DNA of 33,945 nt from a virus (IMGVR_UViG_3300020045_002420:1-33945); one strand, 5' to 3'. Shown: positions 1-9,095, numbered from the stretch's first letter. Notes: generated by a model from the letters alone, not told the origin. A program made the numbers and translations.

Positions 1-121
1 ATCCAATCCGCCGCGCAAATAAATATGCAGGGCAATGTATCAAGCATTTTCAGCGCAAACGGGCCAATATCATTGATAACTAAATTCGATGTGCAAGATA
101 CCACCACATTGCTACCCGTTA
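1..121. repeat. Terminal direct repeat (copy 1); circular-assembly overlap
   Basis: 1-121 is identical to 33825-33945, and an ORF reads in frame across the junction. Confidence 0.95.
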
Positions 122-255
122 CTGGATTGGCATTCGTCCCGGGTAGTATGCGTATCAATTTTACGGACGATGTTTGGAACGGTACTTTCTTGCAGATTAG
201 CGACACTGAAATAACGGAAACAATTACGGATGTTATAACACTCAAAAAGTCTTAA
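1..255 (+). CDS. 3' end of the large tail tip/hub protein that starts at 31746 and wraps the circular junction
   Basis: ATG at 25 corresponds to 33849, which is in frame with ATG 31746; stop at 253-255. Confidence 0.85.
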   Translation: MQSAAQINMQGNVSSIFSANGPISLITKFDVQDTTTLLPVTGLAFVPGSMRINFTDDVWNGTFLQISDTEITETITDVITLKKS

Positions 256-260
256 CTTAG
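253..260 (+). promoter_or_regulatory. Putative late promoter -7 element TAACTTAG; predicted leaderless mRNA
   Basis: TAACTTAG-N4-ATG(265), same geometry as at 19025 and 26097. Confidence 0.6.
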
Positions 261-264
261 CAGC

Positions 265-948
265 ATGGCAACACCGCGCATAGGAAATAACTTGACACTT
301 TGGAAGATAGACGCAACATTGGGTTCTATCCCGTGGGCGTGTTCCCGTAACGTATCGCTGCAGGTCAACTTAGCACTAAGGGAAGTAACCAACTATGAGT
401 CAAACGGATGGCAGGAGTTCAAAGAGGACTTAATGAATTGGGGGCTTAGTATTGAGGGATTAGTAATTAACGAGAATTACTCCTATTGGAAGCAGTTGCA
501 GGATCAGAAAAATAGGCAAAGGTTCTTTTTCCAATTCATAGTGGATGAGGGCGCGAGCGGCTTTTATGTGTTTAGCGGGTATTGCTACATTACCAATATA
601 ACGCTTAACGGCCCCATGAAAGAAGTTGCGACATATTCGGCTACTTTGCAAGGAACAGGAGCCTACACCGTGAGTGATACACCTATCCCACCAAACCCAG
701 GAACAGATATGACATACAAGACTTCTTATCAAGGAACAGGCGGCGAAACAAATTTTATTGTCCCAGATTTAATTGGATGTAACGCATTGTTATATTTTAG
801 CCGTGGTGGGATAGATGGAACAGATATTATTGAGACAGGAACGCCAACAGGCGCGGAGGTTAAAATAGATAGAACCACAGGAACTATTTATTTAGATGCT
901 ACTAATCCTTTAGCCCCATTAGAATGGTGTAACTTCTTATTTAGGTAG
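265..948 (+). CDS. Tail tube-like (major tail protein paralog) protein with C-terminal extension
   Basis: [43 protein letters not shown] resembles the phage tail tube pattern; lies in the tail module. Confidence 0.7.
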   Translation: MATPRIGNNLTLWKIDATLGSIPWACSRNVSLQVNLALREVTNYESNGWQEFKEDLMNWGLSIEGLVINENYSYWKQLQDQKNRQRFFFQFIVDEGASGFYVFSGYCYITNITLNGPMKEVATYSATLQGTGAYTVSDTPIPPNPGTDMTYKTSYQGTGGETNFIVPDLIGCNALLYFSRGGIDGTDIIETGTPTGAEVKIDRTTGTIYLDATNPLAPLEWCNFLFR

Positions 949-961
949 TAAAATTATATTT

Positions 962-1495
962 ATGATAGAAGAATGGAAAGATATAACCAATTGTGAAGGA
1001 AGATACCAAATATCATCTTTTGGGAAAGTGAAGTCATTGTCAAGAACTAGAAAATACAGAGATGGTAGATATGGAATTAGTAAAGAATTTATCTTAAAAA
1101 CAGATATTAGCGGCAGGTATGCTAGAATTACAATAGCAGATAATAACGGTAAAATGTTGCATCCTAGTGTACATAGACTAGTTGCCGAAGCGTTTATCCC
1201 TAATCCAGAAAATAAAGCTACCGTTAATCACAAAGACGGTAATAAACTTAATAACTGCGTTTCAAATTTAGAATGGATGACTTTTGAGGAAAATAATAAT
1301 CATGCACTTGAAACTGGATTAAATAAAATAACAGGCAGTAAAAATTATAATTCTAAAATAGTATTAGACACGCAAACGGGTATTTTTTATGAATGCGCAA
1401 ATGAAGCTGCTATTGCAAAAGGAATAAAAATTAACTGCTTACATTCATCTTTAAACGGTCGTAGACCAAATAAAACTTCATTAGTTTATGCGTAA
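962..1495 (+). CDS. NUMOD4-HNH homing endonuclease (free-standing)
   Basis: [18 protein letters not shown] (NUMOD4); [36 protein letters not shown] (HNH). Confidence 0.92.
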   Translation: MIEEWKDITNCEGRYQISSFGKVKSLSRTRKYRDGRYGISKEFILKTDISGRYARITIADNNGKMLHPSVHRLVAEAFIPNPENKATVNHKDGNKLNNCVSNLEWMTFEENNNHALETGLNKITGSKNYNSKIVLDTQTGIFYECANEAAIAKGIKINCLHSSLNGRRPNKTSLVYA

Positions 1496-2723
1496 ATTAT
1501 TATTACTACTATTGACGGTTATTTCCGTAAGTGTTTCAGCCCAATATCAGCCTAGCGGTTCTAAAGTTAGGTATATAAATGGCATCGGCCTAGGCACCAA
1601 GTCAGACGCTGCATTCGGTACGGTAGATAGCCTTGTATTGTATGCAAAGGCGGATAGTACGTTAATGTTTAAGTTTAAAGGTACTGCTAGGGCTTTGGCT
1701 TATGCTGCAAATAGTATAACTAATCAAATAGGCGGAAATTTATCTACTCAAACCGCAAAATTCAGAATATCAGATACTGCAAGAGCAAAGACTCTAAGGT
1801 CTGATAATGCTTTTATAGACACTTCTCTTTATGCAGCAACAATTACTGCTGCAAGTGCTTTTGTTGCCGCATCTGATGGGGTAGCTGTTAATGTGACTAA
1901 TAATGCTGCCACTTTTACTACTTTAGAGGTAAAAAATAACGGTTCAGGCAATTTAGCGACATTTTATAATAATACAAATACAGGGGTAGTTATAACTAAT
2001 AGTGGTAATATTTATCCTCAAACTATAAGTGTTGGTAATTCAAGCACAGATGGCTTTCAAGCTAATATCTTAGGGTCATTGCCGTTAAAACTTACAAGTA
2101 ACAATACTGCAAATGTTTCTACATTTGGGGGTGTTCAACTTTATAGACAAACTAATACAGTTGGGAATGGTTTTGGTATTGTTTTAGGGATGCAAAACAG
2201 TTCAAATGTAAATACTGAAACAGGGTATATCGGGACAATTATTACAACAAATACTGCTAGTTCAGAAAGCGGCGATTTAGTTTTTTACACAACTTTAGCC
2301 GGTACTCCAAGAAACGAAAGATTGCGAATAATATCTTCCGGGGACATAAATCTAACTTCACTAGGAACAGGTACGGTTTACTCAAATAGTGGAACGTTAA
2401 CAAATACAGACCCCTCCGATAGCACAATCAAGAATACAATTAAAGCACACAAATACGGGCTAGCAGAGATATTAAAACTTCAACCAAAGTCATTCTACTA
2501 CAATAGTGATAGTTCTAAGTCAAGTCTTAAATATGGATTTATTGCGCAAGATGTTCAAAAGATAATGCCGGACATGGTGCGAAAAATTAACCCTAAAGAT
2601 GAAAATAGCAAACTAGGGTTAGAAAGTCAGGGTATTTATGTTACTTTGGTAAAAGCTATCCAAGAACAACAGGCCATCATTGATGACCTTAAAAAGCGTA
2701 TAATCGCACTAGAAAACAAATGA
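1488..2723 (+). CDS. Tail fibre/spike with C-terminal peptidase S74 intramolecular chaperone
   Basis: T/N/S/G-rich beta-type body; [59 protein letters not shown]. Confidence 0.85.
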   Translation: MRKLLLLLLTVISVSVSAQYQPSGSKVRYINGIGLGTKSDAAFGTVDSLVLYAKADSTLMFKFKGTARALAYAANSITNQIGGNLSTQTAKFRISDTARAKTLRSDNAFIDTSLYAATITAASAFVAASDGVAVNVTNNAATFTTLEVKNNGSGNLATFYNNTNTGVVITNSGNIYPQTISVGNSSTDGFQANILGSLPLKLTSNNTANVSTFGGVQLYRQTNTVGNGFGIVLGMQNSSNVNTETGYIGTIITTNTASSESGDLVFYTTLAGTPRNERLRIISSGDINLTSLGTGTVYSNSGTLTNTDPSDSTIKNTIKAHKYGLAEILKLQPKSFYYNSDSSKSSLKYGFIAQDVQKIMPDMVRKINPKDENSKLGLESQGIYVTLVKAIQEQQAIIDDLKKRIIALENK

Positions 2724-2788
2724 CAAAGACAGAAAAAATAATATTAGCCATTGCATTGATTGTGTGGGTGTTATTACTTAGCGTATAA
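2720..2788 (+). CDS. 22-aa single-TM peptide [22 protein letters not shown] (not in ORF track)
   Basis: ATGA overlap with the fibre gene stop; hydrophobic helix. Confidence 0.45.
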   Translation: MTKTEKIILAIALIVWVLLLSV

Positions 2789-2835
2789 ATTTCGGTGTTT
2801 TTCACATATTTTTTTAATTTAAATTTGCTTATATT

Positions 2836-3141
2836 ATGAAACAGACAATTATTAGTGAACTATTGACAAGGTTAAAGAGCGAAAGCCCAACCTTATTTAA
2901 AAAGCTGCAACTGCTATTTTTTAGCCTTGCAGGAATAGTCATTGCTTTAATCCTTGTTCAGCCATTAGGGTTGAACCTACACGGTTTTGAAGTGTACACT
3001 AATTGGAATACTGTAATGGTATTACTTGGCTTTGCAGGGGTTAATATGCTACCTGTATCTAATCCAAAAGTATTGGACAAGCCATTGAGCGAAGATGCCC
3101 CAACCGATCCTGACAAACCAAGACCAAAACCTGGTCAATAG
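2836..3141 (+). CDS. Putative holin (2 TM)
   Basis: Two hydrophobic segments, charged C-terminus, start of lysis module; TAAATTTG -7 element at 2820-2827. Confidence 0.55.
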   Translation: MKQTIISELLTRLKSESPTLFKKLQLLFFSLAGIVIALILVQPLGLNLHGFEVYTNWNTVMVLLGFAGVNMLPVSNPKVLDKPLSEDAPTDPDKPRPKPGQ

Positions 3142-3518
3142 TGAAAACCAATAACATTATATGGCCGTCTGTTATGCTTCTCACTCTATTTATGGGTGAG
3201 TTGCATAACTTTTTTGGTTCAATTTATTTGAACGAGAAAGCATGGTTTTTGTTTTCTGACATCAAGCAAGATGTTCAATGGTACGTTAAAGACACTGCGG
3301 AAGCGTTGACTTGGATTATTTTCTTGTCTGCATGGTATTGCAGGGAGCGCAGGCGTTCCCACTTTTGGAGCAATTTTATACTAGCTTTCCTTATATTTCG
3401 CATCATTGACTTAACTTTGTATTGGGTTAATCACAGGCATTTGTCTGCTATTTACCTTATTACTTATCTGTCAATCGTTATCTATGGAGGGCTTATGTAT
3501 GGCAAATACAGAAAATAG
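3141..3518 (+). CDS. Multi-TM membrane protein in lysis region
   Basis: 3-4 hydrophobic segments; GTG start overlapping the upstream stop. Confidence 0.6.
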   Translation: MKTNNIIWPSVMLLTLFMGELHNFFGSIYLNEKAWFLFSDIKQDVQWYVKDTAEALTWIIFLSAWYCRERRRSHFWSNFILAFLIFRIIDLTLYWVNHRHLSAIYLITYLSIVIYGGLMYGKYRK

Positions 3519-3783
3519 TCAGGAAATGAAAAAACCAGTAGAGATTTGGCAACTTGTCGTGGCCGTTATCGCCGTAGTTATAAGCGTTATAACCGCGTCT
3601 AGTATGTACGCAGCATCCATTAGAGATGATGCCGCTAAGCAAGCTGCACAGACGGAAAACCATGAAGTAAGAATCAAGCAACTGGAGCAAGAACGACAGG
3701 AAACAAAGAACGACATACGCGAAATGAAAAACGATATAAGGGAAACTTTATTGATATTGAGGGACAAGCAAGATCGTAAGTAA
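3499..3783 (+). CDS. TM plus coiled-coil protein (holin/antiholin-like)
   Basis: N-terminal TM (LVVAVIAVVISVITA) then heptad-like HEVRIKQLEQ..DIREMKNDIRE; start uncertain (3484/3499/3526). Confidence 0.55.
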   Translation: MANTENSQEMKKPVEIWQLVVAVIAVVISVITASSMYAASIRDDAAKQAAQTENHEVRIKQLEQERQETKNDIREMKNDIRETLLILRDKQDRK

Positions 3784-4091
3784 TGTATAGCACAAATAGC
3801 ATTTTAGTTACCATTTTAGCGGTCATCATTGGATTGGTGGCCGTTTCTGTTTCCGTTAAGTTCCTATCCGGTGTGGTGGGCAAGATAGCGGGAGAGAAAA
3901 AAGGACTTATCCAAGTAGTAGTCTTTGGCTTTGCTTGTCTGCTATCCGTGTACGTTGTGGATAAGGTGGTGGCGTTTAAGATTAATATTTTAAGCGAGGC
4001 GGAAAGTGTGGGGATATTTAATTTTGTAAAGGATGTTACCTTACTTGTCTTCGGTTTTTACTTCGCGGCCTCAAAAAAGGGTGAAGCCTAA
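3783..4091 (+). CDS. 3-TM membrane protein, holin candidate
   Basis: Three hydrophobic segments, ending VFGFYFAASKKGEA. Confidence 0.55.
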   Translation: MYSTNSILVTILAVIIGLVAVSVSVKFLSGVVGKIAGEKKGLIQVVVFGFACLLSVYVVDKVVAFKINILSEAESVGIFNFVKDVTLLVFGFYFAASKKGEA

Positions 4092-4164
4092 CTAGGTTAC
4101 AAGCTAGTTATAACAATTAAAGGAAATTAAACTAAATAAAATAATATATTGCGCTTGCGCTTTA

Positions 4165-4196
4165 TTTGGTAGTTTGGAATATGTTGAATAAATTAG
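4165..4196 (+). promoter_or_regulatory. Bacteroidota-type promoter TTTG-N20-TAAATTAG
   Basis: TTTG 4165-4168 and TAAATTAG 4189-4196, upstream of AAACACTATG at 4211. Confidence 0.6.
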
Positions 4197-4217
4197 CCGC
4201 ACACAAATACAAACACT

Positions 4218-4322
4218 ATGACACAAGAACAAAATGACGCAATTGATAGGCATTTAGAAAAATACCTATCTTACTATTTAGGCATTATATCTGGCCTTAT
4301 TTACGGATTTCTAACATTTTAA
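4218..4322 (+). CDS. 34-aa peptide with C-terminal TM (not in ORF track)
   Basis: AAACACTATG start; MTQEQNDAIDRHLEKYLSYYLGIISGLIYGFLTF. Confidence 0.55.
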   Translation: MTQEQNDAIDRHLEKYLSYYLGIISGLIYGFLTF

Positions 4323-4326
4323 CACT

Positions 4327-4854
4327 ATGACACAACACAATGACAAATCTTGGGGATGGCACGCATTAGTCACTATCCTATTTCTGGCAATATTCTTTAC
4401 TATTCTTGCGGGCTGCAACGTTGAAAAGCGCATAGCACAAGCAAAGATTGACGCAGTAGCGTTAGACCATGCCCAAAACCCATGCGCAAACGATACCACC
4501 ATCCTCACAACACCGGGCGAAACCCTAGTACTAATCGATAGCATTACAACCCACACAACAGACACGCTCACGCAAACCGATACGCTCAAGACTACCATTA
4601 CCATTACTAAGCACAGAACAGATACTATTGCCGTGGTGGTGGTGGATAAGCGTTTGGTCAATGACTACAAGGATAGTGTTAACCGCTATAAGCTATTAGA
4701 AGCCCATTTAAGGGGGCAATATACCCAACAGGCACAAACACTAGCCAAAGCCGAGAAAAGGGCAACAAACCTACTTATTTGGCTTTTATCACTCATTGGG
4801 GCGATTGCTATTGGTATCGTATTGTGGATTGTGATTAAAATTAGACCGTTATGA
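4327..4854 (+). CDS. Putative unimolecular spanin (lipoprotein with C-terminal TM)
   Basis: Lipobox LAGC after a hydrophobic signal; C-terminal TM LLIWLLSLIGAIAIGIVLWIVI; next to the lysin. Confidence 0.65.
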   Translation: MTQHNDKSWGWHALVTILFLAIFFTILAGCNVEKRIAQAKIDAVALDHAQNPCANDTTILTTPGETLVLIDSITTHTTDTLTQTDTLKTTITITKHRTDTIAVVVVDKRLVNDYKDSVNRYKLLEAHLRGQYTQQAQTLAKAEKRATNLLIWLLSLIGAIAIGIVLWIVIKIRPL

Positions 4855-5450
4855 TAAGCACCAAAGCCCTTGACCTAATACTAGACGCAGAAGGATGCGA
4901 CTTGAAACCTAATTGGCCCGGCGGCGCAAGCGGTGTAACCTACGGCTACGGTTATGATCTAGGGTATAATCTAAGGGAACAGATACAAAAGGATTGGGCT
5001 TCACTTGTCAATGGCAATGTATTGGCATTTATGCTATCATGTTCAGGTATCAAGGGCGAACCCGCCAAGCGGTTAATCAACCCAACTACCAAGACGCTAC
5101 GCATAACACAAGAAGCAGCCGAGCAAGTGTTCCAGTTGAAAACTATCCCGCGCTTCTACAATATTGCTATGGGCGCGTTCCCAGGTTTGGAGCATTGCCC
5201 AATAGACACCATTGGGGCCGTTGTGTCGTTGGTGTTCAACCGTGGGGCTGCAATGGGCGTAGAAGGCCAGCCGTCATGGGATAGTAGGCGCGAAATGCGC
5301 GAACTACGGGCGGCCATTGAAGTACAAGACCTACAAGGCGCAGCAGATGCCATCAGGCGCATGAAGCGGCTTTGGGTGGGCAAAGGATTAGATGGACTGA
5401 TAACGCGCCGCGAGAATGAAGCGCAGTTGATTGAAGGAAGTATTTTGTAA
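4851..5450 (+). CDS. Endolysin, lysozyme-like muramidase (GH24/pesticin C-terminal-like)
   Basis: ILDAEG..WPGGASGVTYGYGYDLG..VVSLVFNRG..MKRLW..GLITRRENEAQL. Confidence 0.85.
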   Translation: MISTKALDLILDAEGCDLKPNWPGGASGVTYGYGYDLGYNLREQIQKDWASLVNGNVLAFMLSCSGIKGEPAKRLINPTTKTLRITQEAAEQVFQLKTIPRFYNIAMGAFPGLEHCPIDTIGAVVSLVFNRGAAMGVEGQPSWDSRREMRELRAAIEVQDLQGAADAIRRMKRLWVGKGLDGLITRRENEAQLIEGSIL

Positions 5451-5470
5451 CTATCTCATAGTGTTTTGAA

Positions 5471-5504
5471 AGGCGGGGTATCTCTATATCCTGCCTATTT
5501 TTTT
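5471..5504 (+). terminator. Rho-independent terminator after lysin
   Basis: aggcggggta/tatcctgcct stem followed by a T-run. Confidence 0.8.
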
Positions 5505-5518
5505 GCCCATTAAATAAA

Positions 5519-5597
5519 TGCAACAGTGTTGCAAACATTTATTTTTACGGTAAATTATTACAGTTTACTTTTGATGAAACAAAACACAAACACTATG
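5519..5597 (+). promoter_or_regulatory. Early promoter 1: TGCAACA palindrome, CGGTAA-N4-TTACAG box, TACTTTTG -7, AAACACTATG start
   Basis: Palindrome 5519-5533, box 5548-5563, -7 at 5566-5573; same spacing at 8678 and 10308. Confidence 0.75.
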
Positions 5598-5903
5598 AAC
5601 AAGTTAATACCTACACAAGGCAAATGGAAAGTTGCAAGTCATAAACCATTTGACGAATATGCTACGATTATTACAACACAAGGCCGATTTTCAGGCGATT
5701 TTAGCACTATTATTGCAAGGGCTGAAGTATCTGTTTATATTTCTACCGAACAAGCTGAAGCCAACGCACTATTAATTGCGGCTGCTCCTGAATTATTGGA
5801 AGCATTGGAATTAATAGCTACTAAATTGTATTGTATTAATGATACTGTTACTGAGGATATTAGAAAAATAGCCTTAGATGCAATTAGCAAAGTAAACAAA
5901 TAA
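5595..5903 (+). CDS. Conserved phage hypothetical protein (ANAxLIAAAPELLEAL type)
   Basis: TQGKWKV...EANALLIAAAPELLEALE; start reassigned to the AAACACTATG at 5595. Confidence 0.7.
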   Translation: MNKLIPTQGKWKVASHKPFDEYATIITTQGRFSGDFSTIIARAEVSVYISTEQAEANALLIAAAPELLEALELIATKLYCINDTVTEDIRKIALDAISKVNK

Positions 5904-5905
5904 CC

Positions 5906-6124
5906 ATGCTTAACCACCAAGAAATCACATTCACCCAAGCGGCTATCATTCTGTTAGAGGATGGCGGCAGTATCATTTTTACCGCGCAGAACAACAGGCA
6001 ACCCGAAGAACCTGGCTTTGAGTTTGAGATTACCGACTTTAAGCAGCTATGCGAGGAATACAAGCTACTGTATCAAGATTACTACAATATTAAACTATGG
6101 GTGCCAAATGAGCATTATTCTTAA
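5906..6124 (+). CDS. Hypothetical protein
   Basis: ORF packed within the early operon. Confidence 0.55.
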   Translation: MLNHQEITFTQAAIILLEDGGSIIFTAQNNRQPEEPGFEFEITDFKQLCEEYKLLYQDYYNIKLWVPNEHYS

Positions 6125-6209
6125 GACAATCGGGTACTACACCATTGTATTGGTGTGTATTGTAATCATAATTTACAAATCAATTAAAAACCTATTAACC
6201 AATGAATAA
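6108..6209 (+). CDS. 33-aa single-TM peptide
   Basis: MSIILKTIGYYTIVLVCIVIIIYKSIKNLLTNE; overlaps both neighbours. Confidence 0.5.
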   Translation: MSIILKTIGYYTIVLVCIVIIIYKSIKNLLTNE

Positions 6210-6519
6210 TTTAAACCAAGAGCGTATTGAGCAAATAGAAAAGATAGCAAATAAATGGTTTGAAGAAAAAGAGTTCAATATTTATAACCATTACGATACT
6301 AGACCTGCATTTATTGAAGGCTATCAATCCGCCCTCACCAACCCTACCATATTCCAATCAGCAGGGTTAATGAGTGTTGATGAAATGGTTGATTTTTATA
6401 AATGGGCAACATTTAATAAATGGGAATTGTGGTGTCACACTAATTGGGTAAACAAAAATCATACAGGAGTATTAACAACCACCGAACTATTAACCATATT
6501 CAGAAATCAAAATAAATAA
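6202..6519 (+). CDS. Hypothetical protein
   Basis: ORF in early operon. Confidence 0.6.
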   Translation: MNNLNQERIEQIEKIANKWFEEKEFNIYNHYDTRPAFIEGYQSALTNPTIFQSAGLMSVDEMVDFYKWATFNKWELWCHTNWVNKNHTGVLTTTELLTIFRNQNK

Positions 6520-6541
6520 ACCAAACCATAAAATAAAAGTT

Positions 6542-6811
6542 ATGACACAGAAGTTTAGAAAAAGACCTGTAATTATTGAAGCGGAACAGTTTGTAGTATG
6601 GGATTTGAAGAAAATACCCCCATTTATTGAATTACAAGGCGTTAAATTCCCTGTTTACAAGAATGACAATCAAGAACCTTATTTAGTTATTCCAACGCTA
6701 GAAGGGCAGCATATTGCTTCAAATCTTGATTATATCATTAAAGGGATTGAAGGCGAATTATACCCATGCAAACCAAATATTTTTGAAAATACCTACGAAA
6801 AGGTAACCTAA
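6542..6811 (+). CDS. Widespread conserved phage protein of unknown function
   Basis: KFRKRPVIIEAEQF..IPTLEG..DYIIKGIEGELYPCKPNIFENTYE motif set. Confidence 0.75.
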   Translation: MTQKFRKRPVIIEAEQFVVWDLKKIPPFIELQGVKFPVYKNDNQEPYLVIPTLEGQHIASNLDYIIKGIEGELYPCKPNIFENTYEKVT

Positions 6812-6828
6812 CCCCTAACCAATCAAAC

Positions 6829-7398
6829 ATGGAAAAGCAAATAACAACGGTGTATCGTGAAGCATTGGAAAAAATACTGTACATAATCAAAGATGATACA
6901 TTAGATATAGCGCAAACAATTGATTTTGCAGAAGAAACCGCCCAACAAGCCCTATCCAAAGCAGAAGATAGGGGGGAAGTGATTAAGATAGAATGCACTA
7001 ACAATTTCTACCCCGCTAGTTGTGATTCTTGTGGATGGTTTGGAAGTAGTGAACTTTTAGAAGGATGCCACCAAATAGCAGACACAGGAGATTATTCAGA
7101 CCCACTATGCCCTGTATGTTTTTCTAATAAAGTAGAAGAATGCGAAAGTAGTATTGATTTTCAGGAACTAAAAAGCTATTATGACTTAGCGATTAATAAA
7201 TTGAAACTTTCTGTAAAAGCAATTGAAGAATATAGCTTAGAAAAGTATTTTAACGATGCCCCACAACCCACAAATAGTTTGGATGAATTGGAAAGTTGGG
7301 CATCTGAAACAGATGGGGTAGACCCAAATAGCCATGCGGGATTATTGTGGAATAGTCTACTAGCCAAAATCCAATCCCTAAAAACCATTACCCCCTAA
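6829..7398 (+). CDS. Hypothetical protein with central Zn-ribbon
   Basis: CDSCGW...CPVC. Confidence 0.6.
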   Translation: MEKQITTVYREALEKILYIIKDDTLDIAQTIDFAEETAQQALSKAEDRGEVIKIECTNNFYPASCDSCGWFGSSELLEGCHQIADTGDYSDPLCPVCFSNKVEECESSIDFQELKSYYDLAINKLKLSVKAIEEYSLEKYFNDAPQPTNSLDELESWASETDGVDPNSHAGLLWNSLLAKIQSLKTITP

Positions 7399-7408
7399 AC
7401 CATAAACC

Positions 7409-7594
7409 ATGTACCCCTCAATAAAAGAACGCATCCAAGAGCGCACACCCGAAGCGGATAAGGTATTTAAACAAGCGTATATCAGGGAACTGATTGACCT
7501 ATGGGACAACCACGAACTAACCCTTAGCCGATTGACAGAGATACTTAATGAGGACGCTTATAATCATTATAAACCCAACCATGAACTACATTAA
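7409..7594 (+). CDS. Hypothetical protein
   Basis: ORF in early operon. Confidence 0.55.
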   Translation: MYPSIKERIQERTPEADKVFKQAYIRELIDLWDNHELTLSRLTEILNEDAYNHYKPNHELH

Positions 7595-7724
7595 AGACCA
7601 TATTGGATGGATCGTAGTATTAGCTATTTACCTATCTGGTATCGCATGGCTTACATACGCCTACCGCCAAGCACCAACAGAAGAACAAGACACCGATTAT
7701 CCACAAATAGATGATTTATACTAG
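7581..7724 (+). CDS. 47-aa single-TM peptide (not in ORF track)
   Basis: MNYIKDHIGWIVVLAIYLSGIAWLTYAYRQAPTEEQDTDYPQIDDLY; stop lies 1 nt before ATG 7726. Confidence 0.55.
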   Translation: MNYIKDHIGWIVVLAIYLSGIAWLTYAYRQAPTEEQDTDYPQIDDLY

Positions 7725-7725
7725 C

Positions 7726-8505
7726 ATGGAAAGATACATAAGTTTTTCTGGCGGTGTTGAAAGTACAACAATGTGTATTCTTTACGGTGCAGATGCTAAA
7801 GGTATTTGGGCAGATACGGGTAGCGAACATAAAAAAATGTATGAGCGCATTGAAACAGTAGAAAGGCAAATAAAGAAAATACATCCAGACTTTGAAATAA
7901 TCAAAGTAAAAGGTTCAGCCAAGCATAAGGGCGAATGGTACAATTCATTAGAAGATTTGGCAATAGCTTATAAGTTTATGCCATCAGGTCAAGCAAGATA
8001 CTGCACAAGGTACTTTAAGATTGAACCAATAGACAATTACCTAAAATCAAAAGGTAACTGTGAATCAATGATTGGATTGAATTACGATGAAGCGGCAAGT
8101 AGGGAAGGGAATTGGGGGCTTAATGAAAATGTAACCTATTTATACCCATTGGTTGATGATGGCTATACTAGGGCAGAATGCGAAGAAATACTCAATGAGC
8201 ATGGACTTCATCCTAATATGCCTGTTTATATGATGCGCGGGGGGTGTCGGATGTGTTTCTTTAAATCAGAAAAAGAGTATAGGGCAATGTACCACCTAGA
8301 CAAAGATGAGTTTTTTGAAGTCATGGCATTTGAAGAATCAATCCAAGACAAAAGACAAAAGTTTTACTCAATCATGGGCAACGGTAAAAGCATGAGGCAA
8401 TTAATGACCGAATGCCAAAGAGAAAAATTAATGTTCAACGAAATAGAAACCCTTTATAAATCACTTAAAAAAGAAACGTCTTGCGGGGCGTTTTGCCACA
8501 GATAA
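7726..8505 (+). CDS. PP-loop (PAPS reductase/DndC-like) protein, probable Fe-S
   Basis: ISFSGGVES, ADTGSEH, RYCTRYFKIEPI, IGLNYDEAASR, YPL, RGGCRMCFF, C-terminal CGAFCH. Confidence 0.85.
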   Translation: MERYISFSGGVESTTMCILYGADAKGIWADTGSEHKKMYERIETVERQIKKIHPDFEIIKVKGSAKHKGEWYNSLEDLAIAYKFMPSGQARYCTRYFKIEPIDNYLKSKGNCESMIGLNYDEAASREGNWGLNENVTYLYPLVDDGYTRAECEEILNEHGLHPNMPVYMMRGGCRMCFFKSEKEYRAMYHLDKDEFFEVMAFEESIQDKRQKFYSIMGNGKSMRQLMTECQREKLMFNEIETLYKSLKKETSCGAFCHR

Positions 8506-8507
8506 CT

Positions 8508-8699
8508 ATGAAACACATTTTTAAATACGTCAAAGCCGCACGGTTCTTCCCAACCTACGCACCTACAGTTAAGCAGTTCAACAACAAGATACTTGGCACC
8601 GATGGGAGAAGGCCGGTCAAGTTCACGGATCAAGATAAGAAGGCAATAAAAATAGGATTGAGGGCAATGCTGAAAGATGCAACAACATTGCAAAAATAA
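8508..8699 (+). CDS. Small putative DNA-binding protein (DUF5053-like by eye)
   Basis: FNNKILGTDGRRPVKFTDQDKKAIKIGLRAML resembles the DUF5053 C-terminal pattern. Confidence 0.4.
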   Translation: MKHIFKYVKAARFFPTYAPTVKQFNNKILGTDGRRPVKFTDQDKKAIKIGLRAMLKDATTLQK

Positions 8700-8755
8700 A
8701 TTTGTGCGGTAAAAAAATACAGTTTACATTTATATCCTAAAACAAAAACACTATG
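8678..8755 (+). promoter_or_regulatory. Early promoter 2 (palindrome, TTTG, CGGTAA box, TACATTTA, AAACACTATG)
   Basis: TGCAACAACATTGCA 8678-8692, TTTG 8701-8704, CGGTAA-N4-ATACAG 8707-8722, -7 at 8725-8732. Confidence 0.75.
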
Positions 8756-9019
8756 CGCACCACACTACGCCTACACAAGTTAGAGAAAGCTACTAAGATT
8801 GTAGAACTGTTACAACGTGCTTACAACAACGCCGAATCTGCTAGATCAGATATGCACCACTTTGCACACGGTAATGTACGTAACCCTATCCGTCTGTTTC
8901 AGACATACGAGGACATCAGTAACCGCCATATTTGGTGGTTGACGGTTGCCGCCAGGTTGGAACAGTATTACATTAACACTACCAAAGACTTGTTTGTTTA
9001 TGAACCAGAAGCAACCTAA
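8753..9019 (+). CDS. Hypothetical protein
   Basis: AAACACTATG start directly behind a promoter. Confidence 0.65.
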   Translation: MRTTLRLHKLEKATKIVELLQRAYNNAESARSDMHHFAHGNVRNPIRLFQTYEDISNRHIWWLTVAARLEQYYINTTKDLFVYEPEAT

Positions 9020-9095
9020 CCTTTGCCGGACAATGATTATAAACATCATTGCACTGTATTGTATTGTTAAATTCATAATCTTTATTTGGCCATGA
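9000..9095 (+). CDS. 31-aa TM peptide (not in ORF track)
   Basis: MNQKQPNLCRTMIINIIALYCIVKFIIFIWP; ATGA overlap with ATG 9092. Confidence 0.45.
   Translation: MNQKQPNLCRTMIINIIALYCIVKFIIFIWP

Noticed and set aside
1-121. 121-bp terminal repeat as a biological direct terminal repeat
   Set aside because: It falls mid-gene with the ORF in frame across the junction, so an assembler k-mer overlap of a circular or permuted genome is the simpler explanation
25-255. Independent 76-aa gene
   Set aside because: It is the in-frame C-terminus of the ORF starting at 31746
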